A DNA stretch of 64,000 nt from Azolla caroliniana. Its lineage: Eukaryota; Plantae; Polypodiophyta. A program made the translations under genes and the position numbers. The notes under the pieces were generated by a model. That model had not been told where the DNA came from. It made no database searches and was given only the letters and a program-made list of their open reading frames with translations. Position 1 is the stretch's first letter, and every line of letters begins with the position of its first letter. The DNA lies in the NCBI GenBank assembly GCA_043228905.1, contig JBHGNT010000012.1, positions 18,414,001-18,478,000 on the forward strand. The letters are read 5' to 3'. Shown here piece by piece: positions 25,501-38,951 of this stretch.

Positions 25501-25996
25501 TCATCGATTCCTACATAAGGGTATAAAAAATGTCAAACCTGTTGAGGGTAAAGAAGGTAGAATGTAGTGTAAGAGCACCAGCTGTTTTCAGGTTCGGAGC
25601 AAGGGCAGATGAAGGGGAGATGCGAGTCATTCGAGATCGTTGTGAGGCCACGGGTGACCAAGACCGAGAGTTTGGCAGTAACATCAATGCCTGTCTTCAA
25701 GTCTGTTCGAATACTGGGTTGTCGAAGGGCAAGCGTGAGAGTTGCCGCAAGAAAAGCAAATACAACTAGTACAACCAGAAGCAGTCTTGCTATCCGCCGG
25801 TATTTCTGTGTAACCTGCGCTTCAGTCCAGCTGCAACCAAAATCAAAGAGAATGAGAGGAAAGATAATCTCAAACGAGATCACAATCATGCAAAAAATGA
25901 AACAAAATATTTCTTCTCTACATCCTAAAAAGAGACTTTCATTAGACGTCCCAAAAACATTAGTCAATTTCCCATCAGCTTGCTCTACAAATACAA

Positions 25997-26031
<35 letters not shown>

Positions 26032-26620
26032 TGATGTTGCGTTCAAATCGATCCTAGTAATGGATGAGCTTCGTATCAATAAAGTTCTGGATTCAAGTCT
26101 CCAGGAATGGATTTGAGACCCAAGCACATCAACCACTTGAATTTGCTGGAAAATAAATTTGTCACATTTCATATCTTCTCCCCCCCCCCCCCCCATCCAT
26201 CTCCAAACCCTTTCAAATGTATAGATTTGGGAGACATGAAAACTGAAGGCAGAGTATCCCAGGATATCTCCAAACAAATAACTCGGCATTCATAAAACTT
26301 GAAATGATTACAGAGAACTAGAGAAAACCAGGAATCGCAAAAAAAAATGGAGCGAGAAAGAAAGAAAGATATATTAACGTCTTCTAAGGCCAAATTTGGC
26401 CCATGAGACAATTGATTTACAACAAAAATAGGGTATTTACCCATTCAGCGAAAGAAAAAATAAAATCAAAATAAAATAAAATAGAGCTAAAGCTAAATGG
26501 TTCTAGTAATAAAAAAAAAACATGTTCTACAGTTAAAAAAACATATTGAGAGAGAGAGAGAGAGAGAGCGTACTCGAAATCGTGGATTACAGTGGCTGTA
26601 AACTTATGAAGGCGGTCCAT
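22567..26620 (-). CDS. Uncharacterised 347-aa two-transmembrane protein with a large Cys-rich loop
   Basis: Exons 26620-26574, 25830-25539, 24145-24055, 23972-23838, 23686-23538 and 22896-22567 are all GT..AG and phase-compatible (1044 nt, ending in TGA). TM1 is IARLLLVVLVVFAFLAATLTLAL; TM2 is LLQTLAQAGGMYAVIILVA..VWPIISWF. An additional exon in the 1.4-kb intron cannot be excluded. Confidence 0.8.
22974..23190. repeat. Intronic tandem duplication, about 112 bp x 2
   Basis: ACATTAACATTATGTTATGCAT...GAATTCTACATCTAATAT..TTACAATCTAATAGTTTTGGGTA occurs twice. Confidence 0.85.
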
Positions 26621-27633
26621 CCATCACCCCCTGCAATCTTCTGTTTTTTCTTCCGGATTGTTCTACATACGTTTCTGTCTGTTGCAGAGAAGGAGTACAA
26701 AGACATATATACTGTAAAATGTGTGTTCACGAAGTAAAAAAAATAAAATAAAATATGTCTTGCGTTAAAACAAAGACAACCAACACCACGCCACAATGCA
26801 CAATGCTTCCCTCCTTAACCGGTTTATTGGTTCGGTTCAGGCTTGAGCCTCCTTAACCGGTTTGGCAAGGCTCAAGCCGAACCGAGCCATTTAGGGTTTA
26901 GGGTTGAGGGCTCGACCAATGAGTCAATAGAAATTGTGCATGGGTCCTAAATTCTAGACCACTTTGAAAAGGCATTGTTTTCGGATAATGAGTAATTGTA
27001 TTGAAATAGAAATAATAGTATAAGCAACTATTATATAAATTAATACAATAATGTAAAGGATAAAAGTTTTATAATGGTGGCTAACTAACCTTAACTTCTT
27101 GTTTGAGCCTATCTAGTCCAGAGAATCTCTTATTCTTAATGCACCATGGTGTGAGTTTATGTTGAGTCAAGTTGTTGATATAGTTATTTATCCATTGATG
27201 GCATGATTGTTTATTCCCATTTCACACCCAAGATAGTTTGATGTTATGTAGTTGCGCACGCTGGTTTTAATCTAAAAAAGAAGAATGTTTGTTTGATGAA
27301 GTTTAAGCTCGGATTCGTTGCCAAAACTCATGTATGATTGTATGCGCCAACCCTAAATGTGCATTGATAATTGGATTTCACACACTAACCAACAAGATTA
27401 GTCATATGGTACACCAAATGAACAATGTTTTGAGACCCAACTCATCCAAATGCTCTCCCAATCTTGCAATCATAGGGGGAGACTATTTGGCCTTAGCCTT
27501 AATTCGAAATTTTACTTTACAATGTGCAATGTTGATATTTTGTCTTTTAGGAATCATCCTATCCACACTATTTGTCCCATTAAATGGCGCTTGGAAAAAG
27601 GCACTTGGTTAGGTATTACAACTTCCTTGCGTC

Positions 27634-27938
27634 TAAGAATCGGCAATGGATTCGGCTCAAGCCAGAACCAAACTGTTAAACAATTTGGTTAGACTTGAGC
27701 TTCCTTAACTAGTTTGAGCTCGGTTTGGGATGGCTCAAGCCGAACCAAACCAAATTCCAAACTGGTTAAGGCTTGTACAGCGTGGCTAAACCATTTTAGG
27801 CTTAACCGATTTGGCTAAACCAATTAACCTTAACCAGTTTAGGAATCGATTCAATTCAAGTTTGGAAACTCCCAAACCAGTTAAAGGCTTAACCAATTTG
27901 GTTTCAACAAGGCCAAACCGAACCGTTCTCAATCCCTA
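27634..27938. mobile_element. hAT-type MITE (305 bp)
   Basis: Ends TAAGAATCGGCAATGG / CCGTTCTCAATCCCTA, with a near-perfect 8-bp TSD CTTGCGTC / CTTGCATC. Related AACCG-rich fragments lie at about 26810-26900 and 28170-28450. Confidence 0.7.
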
Positions 27939-28609
27939 CTTGCATCCTTTGCAACTAAGTATGCACACAAATGGTAAGTAAACATAGCCTTAGGCTAGGT
28001 TCAAGTGATATACTCTTCCTTCGTAACATAATCACGCACCTTGTCGGCTCAATAACTACAAATGTGGTTTGCATTGAAATTACGAAGAAGCTCATTTACA
28101 ACCCAATGCGTGTATGGATTTCTGTGACCAATGTATCTCGATATGACATTTGTTGCAAGAGTGCTTGTGACCCAAACCAGGTAAGGCTTAATCGGCTTAG
28201 GTAAAGCGGTTCCTAAACCGGTGTAGCCTGAACCGGTTCGGTTCAAGTTTGGAAACTCCCAAACCGATTAAGGGCCTAACCGGTTTAGGCTTTAATCAGC
28301 TTAGGTGAAGCGGTCCCGAAACCGATGTAGCTTGAACCGGTTTGGTTCAAGTTTGGAAACTCCCGAACCGATTAAGGGCTCAACCCGGTTTGGTTTGGAC
28401 AAGGCCGAACCAGGTAAAGCCGAAACCGAACCGTTGCCAACGATTCGTAGGACTTAAACATAATGGGTTGGTTGGTTTCGGTCTTCAGAGGTTATTAGGT
28501 AGTGAGTGTGAAAAGGGCCCGAATGGGTGGGCAAATGGGAACACGCGAGGGGAGCCGTTTACACCAGTCCCTTCAAATTTGTCAGTTACGTTGTTATTAT
28601 GTCATATTT

Positions 28610-28652
28610 ATTATACATACATACATACATACATACATACCTCCCCAGAAAA

Positions 28653-28699
<47 letters not shown>

Positions 28700-28950
28700 C
28701 TCTCGTTCGCTCGCGCTCTCTGTATTTCATTGCATGCATTGAGAGAGAGAGAGAGAGAGTATTTATTATACATACATACATACATACTTACATACTTCCA
28801 TACATACATACATAACACACATACATACATACATACCTCCACAGAAAACGACTCTCTCTCTCTCTCTCTCTCTCTGTGTCTCTCGTTCGCTCGCGCTCTC
28901 TGTATTGCATTGCATGCATTGAGAGATAGAGAGAGAGAGAGAGAGAGCCG
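28610..28950. repeat. Duplicated composite microsatellite (TACA)n-(TC)n-spacer-(GA)n upstream of the PNRC-motif gene
   Basis: Two copies of about 180 bp, each with the core TGTGTCTCTCGTTCGCTCGCGCTCTCTGTATT.CATTGCATGCATTGAGAG. Confidence 0.85.
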
Positions 28951-29025
28951 CAGACGGAAACGGCTTGATTTTGCGGCTTGGCTTGCGGCTTGGCCCACGT
29001 TCCGCCGTTCTTTCTCTGCTTTCTG

Positions 29026-29197
29026 ATGGGAACCGCCGTTCTTTCTCCTCAAGATTGCCTGCCATCGCCTCCTCCTCCTCCTCTTCCTCCTCCGCAGAAG
29101 AAGAAGAACAGGCGATTCTACTCCGCCGCCATTCCTAGCACCACCAATTCGCTACCTGCTATTGCCGCTGCGAAGCTACACCAACATCTTCTTAATC

Positions 29198-29230
<33 letters not shown>

Positions 29231-30216
29231 TGCTTGCGTATCGCTTGCCTGGTTTTGCCACCGATTCTTCAAATGCTCCGCGAGGTCTAGCATTCCCGAA
29301 ATCTGGTTTCCATGGCGGATTGCTTCCTTTACCAGACAACAGTCTCCTTGGATCTGTACATTCTCAACATTCTTTCTTTGCTAATGCGCAGTTGCCGCTT
29401 TGTGCAGAGTTTCCATCTCCTTGTTCCCTCCAGCATAGCAGTTACCAGAGATGCCCGCTGCAAGCGTCGTTTTTACCTCCTGCACCCCCTCTCTCTTCTA
29501 TTTCTTTTTCTGACTTGATCTCCCCGGGCAATACAAATCGAAATAGTTGCAGGTCTTCTATTATCCGATCATCAATCCATGGCAGTCTGCCACAGGAATC
29601 AGCCTATCCAAAGTCTCAGGTGAAAAGTTCCCATTCTCATGCCTGCAAAAATAAGATGCGAAACCAAAGCTTTCACCCGAGGAAGAGAACGCATTATATA
29701 GACGTTGAGACTGCGAAATGTAACTCGAAGCCGTCAAAGAGAGAGTCGATCCACAGCGAGTATGACGGTACAGAAGTTTATAGGAAAACCGAACCAGATC
29801 GTAATAGACGTTCAAAGGAAAACACGCACAGTAATAGAAGAATTAAGACATCAAACCATGTGAATGACAGGGAAATGTCGTCAGGTTGTAATCCTTCTCG
29901 AAGTTTAGAGGACGTGAAAGAAATTAGCTGCGATGAAGATGCGCTGTCAGAGAAAAGTAGCAGCAGCGAAGAGAGGTGGGCCGGGCCTTCCTTCTTCAAC
30001 TCTCCACCCCCGAGCTCCCTTCCATTGCCGACCTTCTCCATCATCAAGACGTCCACAGTTTCCTGTGATGATCAATATTTCCATGAGAGTCTTGAACACA
30101 AACATGCATTCCCCTCGCCAGAAGTAATTTTATCAGGAAATGTACCAGATGCTGTCTCTGCAACCAAAATTTTGAGAAAACTTCTGAATATGGATCCCCT
30201 AAGGTCTGTATCTTAA
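29026..30216 (+). CDS. Intronless, largely low-complexity plant protein with a PNRC/Edc1-like motif (396 aa)
   Basis: N-terminal MGTAVLSPQDCL, poly-Pro and poly-His tracts, WAGPSFFNSPPPSSLPLPTF, and C-terminal ATKILRKLLNMD. These three blocks are typical of a conserved plant family of PNRC-motif proteins. Confidence 0.85.
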
Positions 30217-33200
30217 AACTACAGGTCTGTTTTCCAAATTTGATTCTTTTGTTAAAACTAAGTTTCTCTCACTGCTATTCAAACGGTTCATGAGCTTACG
30301 ACTTTCTGTATGCAACACATCAAACATCGGTCTTTCTTCTACTGCTCATCCAACCGAAACCACTCTGTACGCTACTATAAAATCCTGATGTGTTCTGCCT
30401 AACAATTATGTTTTGTTAATCCTGCTCTCTGCTAGTCAATTTAACGCACATTCCGGTCACTTTTGGAAAGCTGACTGTCTTTCACTAATTGTAAGGCTTT
30501 CTACTGTATTTCATCAAATCTGCAGCATTGTCAGTGTACCTTTCGTCAAATCAGACACACAATATTTTGTATCCGCCTTCCGTCAAACTTACAGCTTTCT
30601 GCATTTGCCTTTCATCAAAACCTGCACCCTTCTTCTGTGCCTTTCTTAATCGGCCTTTCATCAAACGTGAATTCTACTGTTCAAACTTAACACTATGCTC
30701 CGCAAACATAGAAATGGATCTACAGTAACTTTGTATTGCTGCAGCTCTTGATGTGCGTGCTGTCTTAGGCGAGGAAGCTACTGAATTCACAAGTCATATG
30801 GCATGTTTCGAGCTGCCGTGCTTTATGCAATTGATCTAACTCTGTTGAACACTACTGTAGAGATAGATAGTAATTTATGGTATACTGATATATTGTTTAC
30901 TGTAGGTGATGATGATGCTTCCTGTCCTAAATGCGTCCCTCATCCACCATTTCGGATCTCAGCTTACCTTCTCTATGGCATTACCATCAAAATGGATGGA
31001 TTGATCTTCCACAGACTACTAAAAAGTGGGATTCGTGAAAGTAGATGACACATGTACATTGTAGATATATACAGATTGTTCTAAACAAGCAATGATAAGA
31101 GGCAGAGGGGATGCTTCCTGCTGAATTTAGAAGGAACAGGCATTTCAGCAAGGAACAAACAAATTTTCTGCTTTCTGATAACATGGTGGTTTTTGAAAAG
31201 CCTGTTTCAGAGGTGGATCCTCACTCGACTCACTCATTCATCATTTACTCCTATTTTCAACCGTTGTAGCGCATAGATATATAGCGCCAGTATCTCGAGA
31301 AGTAGTCGTGGAAAAGCACTACAGCCCCAAGCTGGATTGAGATTTATAGTTAGTGCTATCATTAGATCACCGTCATTTCATTTCATTTCATGGAAACCTT
31401 CTACAGCAGATTAGCCTTGTTATTCTGCTCCTTCTTCCACTGCATCTTCATATCGACAACAGAAAAGCGTTACTCCATGGATTTTTGTGGCCAATGAGTT
31501 TAATATACAAGATGAAGAAAATATTTAAATCATTTACATATTTAGTTTTCCATAAAGTCTAATGTTTCGTCCTGTTGTGATCAAGTAATCAATGAAGGAT
31601 ATGATATTTTAGGGAATTGGTGTGTCCTTCAAGTAATCAGTGAAGGATATGATATTTTATTCTGAATGATATCTATTTGCTACCAAATAATAATTAGGGG
31701 GTAGCAAGGGTTTAAGCTTTTAATAAAAGGAAACACATATGTACAACGAAATAGATCTTTGCCGAAATGATATTATTATCATCATTCACTTGCAGGTTTG
31801 AATAGATTGCAATTTGCAATAATTGTGTTGGCCGGATTGAAATATATATATATATATATACCTATTGTTTAGACGCTATTTAGCAGGTTAGATCGATCAT
31901 TATAGCCGGCTGTGTTAGAATACAGATACGACAATATATTAACCTGGTAAAAAAAACAAGCCTATGATATGCACTTTTACTAGTCTACATTGATCTGATG
32001 ATGCAGATTGCACATGAATCCCAAAGTATATACTCTAAAGTTTAAACCATCCATTGCATAGATCACCTTTTTTTACCCCTAAGTATTTTTACTGCTGCAG
32101 ATAGACACCAGCCTAAAACCTCTATGACAGATGTGTCCTAATTAGTGTGCTTCTTGCGGATTGTGTACATATTGTGAAATATTGCCTCCAGAATTGTTGC
32201 TGTCCATTTAAATTGATGTGTTTTATTGCCATTATCTATTGGGAGTATTGAATGTGTGAGAATTTTAAAAAAACATAGAGTCTTGACCCTTGAGGGTACA
32301 AAGGTGGTGGCTTTACTTCAACATTGTATGTTTTCTCCATTCCAAAGAGTTTGATCTTTTGTAGTGAGACTATGGCCTAGTGAGTTAGTCTATGTTTCGT
32401 AATCACTTGACACAACGAGATTTTTGTTGACCCCAGTAGATTGCAGAGATGATAACCACCATTGTGTTTGCATGTGTGACCATGTGGACTTGGACCTTTA
32501 CATCTAAACAAATGCACAATCAATCATCATAACCTCAAATTGGAGTTGGACCTACATTCTTTAGGTGTAAGGAAATTGGAGAATCCGGTCACATTAGAAC
32601 CAAACTCATATAATGGACTTGGCTAGAGTTTCAATTGAGAATGAATACGGTTATTTTGATAATCAAGCCACAAAATTAGCGTTCTTTATAAAGTGGGGGT
32701 TGGGGTCTTCTTATCCCCCTTCAGGTCATAAAGGAAAGCGAGTTGACTCAAGTAAGAGTTTTTTAGATCATGAAATGGACACGTAGGGACTCGGGAGTAC
32801 ATATGCAAACCTTGGAGTACACCCAATAACCACCACCAAATCAAATCAGCATTTCTTTCCGAGTAAGCATGACATATGCGAGCGATGTGTAATATGAGTT
32901 CTCCCTCGAGTTTTGATACAATGTCAAGGTATGTGTAGTGTGTTTTGATAATTTGGGCAACCGACTACTAGCATTCCCTTTTGGTAGGCGAGACTTGTCA
33001 CTTTTGATCGATGGATGATATAAATTCATGCCACAATACACAAAGGAAAGAAGAAGAAAGGGTAAAGAGGTATAAGATTTGGTGAAGAATGAATGAATGA
33101 ATGAACGAACGAACGAATAGAATAGAATAGAATAGAATGAATGGACAGCCAGCCTAGTTAGTTAACTGTTATAGAGAAGAAGAAGAAGAGAATTGCATTC

Positions 33201-34064
33201 GTATTCGTTGGCATTCGAATGGGAGCCCACACGAATGCGAATATGACAATCTATGAATTATTATATAGACTATATGTATAGTATATGCTGAATGATGGAA
33301 AGGAAAGTCACGGGACGACAAAAAACTAACCCCTGCCCTAACCTAATTAACAGCTTCCATTCCCATTCCCATTCTCTCGCCCATCCATCGCTGTCTCTCC
33401 CTCTGTCTGTCTCTCCGCGGGATTGAGCTTTGCTTTGGTTGATTCTCGACATTCGCTTCTTCCTCTCATCTCGCCGGGTACCATCTCTCTCTCTCTCTCT
33501 CATGGGCTTTGCCTATTCTCTATCGGCGCTAATGCCTTCCAGCAAAAAGAGGAGAAGGGAAACAAAACAAAAAAACCGAAATTGAAGAAAAAGAAAGAAA
33601 GAAAGAAAGAAATATCAAGGGATAGCAAATCAGGGTTGGGTACCATGCTCTGTTTATATGATGATGATGATGATGAATGGTATTTGATGATGATGATAAT
33701 GAATGGTATTTGATGATGATACCTGCATCTAACCGTAATGGGGTTGCAACAAATTCTCTGGAATCAACTTGAACATGTTAAATCTCTAACAGACATTGTC
33801 AGCATTAGCATCATTTGAAGTTGTATTCCAGTTTTGTAGATTTTTCTTCACTTCTGCCTTTTCCGCTTAAGGCTTCTGCTCTCCTAATCCCTCTTATTGT
33901 CGATGGCACTGTATTTTTTTAGCACCAACAAAATAATTGGGATTGCCTGACTCTTTTGTTTTTTATCTCAACTGCATCCATGCAAATCACCTACTTTCCA
34001 GGATGTTTAGATAATGTTAAGCCCTCCCTGGTGTTCCTGCAGGGGTTGATCCTGAAGCTAAGTT

Positions 34065-37000
34065 ATGGAGAAAAAACCAAAGAGAAATGGCAGCTGCAAT
34101 GAAGAAAGTATTGTCAAACTACAGACAAAGAATCCTAAAGTCAGCCCGTTAAAGCTTCCATTAGGGAACTCTCGGATGGCTGTCCTCAGAGGTTTATAGC
34201 TAATCATGTGTATATTTATATTATAAGTTCTTTCAGCATTGTATTACATCTTAAACTCATTACATATGCACATAGAAAAGTCTCTCCAGTGATCATTGGG
34301 ATTGAAATAAACAGTCTAGCAATTTTAAGAGTATGATCCATATATTTTCTTGACAAAAGATCTATAATTAACAGATAAGCATTGGGATAACTGTCCTTGG
34401 ATTGTGACACAGGATTTGGGGGTAGCCTTGCTGAGAATGCTCAAACGTCACGACCTACTCAGAATGTACGGTCTTTGAAGAAAATTTTACATGTAGTTTT
34501 CAGATAAAGTAAAGTGGCATTAATTGTATGATCACTGTTCGGCAGTTTGAAGAGGAAGGGATCTCCCATCATGCTTATACTGATCGTGGCTCATATAGGA
34601 AAAGCTCCTCGACAAATCACTCTGGGAAGTGTGAAGTAAGACACCCATTTATTACGGATACTATTCTATGAAGGCATGCTATATGTAAAACAAAATCAAG
34701 AAGGCCTGCTTGCATTTCTCATATTTCTGATATCTGTGTTCAAAGCACATTTCTGACAAAAAGTGTTCCCATAAGGTACAATTTTAAGTTGGGGATTTGC
34801 TTCTGGTATTGAACTTCAATATCACTTTCCTTATGCTATTTGTAACGCTTGATTAGTCCAATTGACTCAAAGACCACCTACAGGCAGAAAATCTTTTCGA
34901 TTTTATGAATGGGTATCACAGCAGAAATACTTTTAAACTTGACATTGAGCATCTGAAGGGAAATGATGTGCTTAGAAACCAGCTTAATTGTGTTGCTCAA
35001 ATGGCTGTGCAGAAAACGAAGGACCCTAGTCTTTCGAGCTCATCGGGTGTTTCAATGACTTCTGAAAGTAAGTTTTTAGGGCTGACACTAAAAAGTATGC
35101 GGCACATAGTAGATAAGATATGTATTTTGGCCAATATCTGAGTTTTTTCTTGATTCAAATTTAATAGCAGCTTTAAAGGAGTATGGGAATCATCTCACTG
35201 GATATGAGCGTAATGAAATCAAGGCATACTCCGAAATCTATTTTATGGGCACAAATAGCCGAAAGCTTCAACCTTGCAATATCCCGGGCCCATGTAATTA
35301 CGGTTGGTAAAACAGTAACATTTACTTTCACATTCTTCATTCATTATCATCATTAACATAATGGGAAACTCCTCCTATGGAAATGGTGAGCTAAATCTGC
35401 CCAGAGTCAACATACCCTGAGAGCATCTGTGATCCTTATGTTGCATATGTTAAAAATGTTACTGTCACAATGTAGTGAACCAACTCTATATTTTCATTGT
35501 CCCAGGATTTGATGATGAGCGAGGTGATTATACTATTGTTGAACATGATCATATTGCTTATCGCTTTGAAATTCTTGGAATATTGGGAAAGGGGAGTTTT
35601 GGGCAAGTAGTCAAATGTAGGGATCACAAGTGTAAGGTTCTCAGAGCAATTAAACTTATTAGAAATAAGAAAAGGTTTCATCAACAAGCGCTTGTTGAAG
35701 TGAGGATCTTACATCATCTAAGGAAGAAGGTAAGATTTTGCTCCAATCATCTTTATCAGATTAAATTAGTAGATTATATTTTTTCTGATCATAAACGAAT
35801 GGAGCCCAACCAAGTAAGGCTTCAGCACTGAAATCTTGCAAGTGGCGTTTTATAGTTAACTGTTATAAACTAAAAGTATGGTTATATAACCACCACATCA
35901 TGCAAAAGCAGTTCCCAAGTTTTAGAAAATATACATTTTAGAAAATGCTGGTCTACGTTTGTCGATGCTCAATAATGGGAGAATCTCTAAATACCGTAAG
36001 AGAACACTAAAAATATGCATGATCAGAATCATAGTCTCATGTATAATATTATTCCTTGTTTACCCAAGTATTAAAAGATCCCAAAAAGAGACGTTGATGA
36101 AAACAATAAAGTGGCTCTAGGATTTTAGCAAGCTAGTATAATTGATAAGACACGGTATAGGTTTCATGCCACTTTCTTTCTTTTTTTTAGCATGAAATTG
36201 AAAGTTTAAGCTCTATAAATTTCATCATTTGAGAAATTCTTTAGAAGGTTTATATATGGATGATATTGATAGTACGTTATAATTATAGAGACAAGGACTT
36301 TTTCCACCTAACTTACTGCAATCTGATATCTAAGTATCTTTATTTTCTGATCTTTCAATATCATTAACCGTTTGGATCTATTAGTATTGACATCTAGTAG
36401 TTTGTGGAAGGTTTTTGCAGGCTGAAGAAGAAGATGTTAGCCATAGTGTTGTAACTATACATGAGAGCTTTTATTTTCGTGGTCATTTGTGCATTTCATT
36501 CTCTCTTCATGACATCAGTTTGTATGAGCTCATGAAAAGAAACAATTTTCGGGGAATAAGCTTGGTACTCATTAAAAGCTTTGCTGTGCAACTCTTAACA
36601 ACACTTAAATTCTTGCGAAGCCTCCATGTTATTCATTGTGATTTGAAACCTGAGAACGTCTTGTTACAACATCCATCCATGTCAAAAATCAAAGTGATTG
36701 ATTTTGGATCGAGTTGCTTCGATCATGAAAGAAGTATGTTGTACAACCTGGAATTCAAACGGATTTTAAATAATTTCTAGGTTCTTGGTATTAATGTTTA
36801 TGTGCTACAGTTTTCTTCTTTCACCACCCTATTTTAAATACTGTCTTCTGAGGTCATGTGCATGTGTACATGCATGAATATGTGTGGAGAGACAGGATTA
36901 ACACATTTCATTTCATTCTTTCCTAATATTTTGCCTATCTTTGTATTGAATTATTTTGTTTTTTCATTCTTTCCTAGTCTTTTGCATATCTTTATCTGAC

Positions 37001-38951
37001 TTGTTTTCTTTTATGCATGTAGAAATGCTTTAGGAGTAAGGATTTCAATTTAACTAATTAATGCTCTGGGATCTCTATGCTGCAGTTTATACCTACATAC
37101 AAAGCCGATTTTATCGCTCTCCAGAAGTGATACTAGGTATTTTTGAGCAAGTCTCTTCGTATTTTTGCAAATGAACACACATGCATCTGGTATTTAAGTT
37201 CGTCACCCATTATTGGAACCTTATACAATTGTAAGTGTCGTCTTCTCTGGTCTTTGGAGTGAAAGCTTCCTTCAGCTTTAAGCAGCAGCAATCGGACATT
37301 GATTGCATCGGCTGAATTCTACCTTATCACTGGGTCTCCATTCAAGAAAGGGCGTCTATGAGTGCTCATAATATTTCGAAGCACCAGTGAAAACTTTTGT
37401 TTGGCCTCTGGATATAATTCCTATCAAACATCTTTAAACGTGGGTCTACCTGATCTGCCAATGAAGTGAGAAGGTTTTCAAAACCTGAGACTTGATTGAT
37501 ATGTACACTTTTCAGTGCATTTAACAAGCAATCCTGACATGGTTTGTATTGGTGGGTTATAACTAGCAAGTGATGATGCATGATATGATTTTTGCAATCT
37601 AACATTGTAGCTCTCATAGGTTTCTATGACTTGGGAAGGCATCATTGTGAGCTTCAGTAATATAAATTTGGCTTTTGAGTTTGTGTGTGGTGCATAGTGC
37701 ATACTTCCCCTATGGTGGCCTATGTATGCTATGCATGAATAACACAAATTAACTTACCTTTATAGAGAATAGAAAGATTGTCTCTCTCATGCCAAAAAAC
37801 AGAGATATATCCGCTTTAATTTGACAGGCATACCATATGACTCCATGATTGATATTTGGAGTTTTGGATGCATCCTGTCAGAGCTCTATACAGGTAATGA
37901 TGTCCAGACACCAATGATGGCTTGGTCAAACGCATTATTAATGTAATGAGCTTAACGTTATTGCCTATTGCAGGATATCCATTGTTTCCTGGGGAAAATG
38001 AAGTAGAGCAACTAGGCTGCATGATGGAGATTCTTGGAATTCCACCTTCTAGTGTTCTTGAGCAGGCTATGCGGAAGAAAATGTTTTTTGGTGAGTTTCT
38101 TTGTCATTTGGATTCCTGTTTTATGGATTATTACATGTGGTATTTTCCACTTTTGAGCTCTTTAAGTGCTCAATGAAATACAGATAGCAACAGCAATCCT
38201 AGGATTTTGGCCAACTCGTCAGGAAGGAAACATTACCCGGGATCCAAGGATTTGGGAAGTGTGATCTTGTGTAAAGATGCTCATTTTCTCCATTTCCTTC
38301 AGTGCTGTTTGCAATGGGACAAGAATCAAAGAGCAGGGCCTGATGAGCTGCTTCAGCATCCATGGATCCTTGGAGTGAGTCAACATGATAGTAGTAACTT
38401 TGGTCTCATGTGATAACAAATATGAATGTAATCATGGTACCTCTTTTTCCAATGTTCTTAGTGCTTTACTGGTTGGTCATTTCCTTCAAATCATTGTTTT
38501 GTAGGTTTTCATCATCATATTCATAAAAAAGGATATATCCATGGTGCTCTAAATTAAATAGAAGCTTCAGCCAAGCAAGAATATGTAAATGCTAATGTAT
38601 TCTTTGTTGCCAGGAGTCAACTGATGTGGCAGTACAGATACCACTCCATCCAGCCAACCAGGACACAAGTAAAAGAAGGCATGTTATCCTCTCTTATCCT
38701 AAGCATTACGAATTCTAAGCAGCCATTGTTTTCAGGTTCAGAGTTTTAGGGTTTCACACTTAACCCTAAGTTTTAGCAAATGGCTCATTTGAAACATCCG
38801 GTTTCTGTTTCCTTGATGAGACAGGTCAATGAAGACTTCCGACACATCATCGAGATCCTTAAAGCAATCAAAAGAGACCACCTCGGGACAGATTAAACCA
38901 ATGACATCTCCATCGAACATGCAGAATGTTGACCATGTAAACACAAGTTGA
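34065..38951 (+). CDS. DYRK2: Dual-specificity tyrosine-regulated kinase, class 2 (DYRK2/3/4-like)
   Basis: Exons 34065-34191, 34413-34465, 34546-34635, 34884-35067, 35168-35302, 35506-35729, 36421-36733, 37086-37136, 37828-37893, 37974-38090, 38184-38374. The 3' tail exons are uncertain (about 38614-38678 and 38825-38951). Motifs: DH box [71 protein letters not shown]. Confidence 0.92.

Noticed and set aside
28342-29065. ORFs of 150-174 aa on both strands
   Set aside because: Products of MITE and (TC)/(GA)/(TACA) repeats, with no protein-like content.
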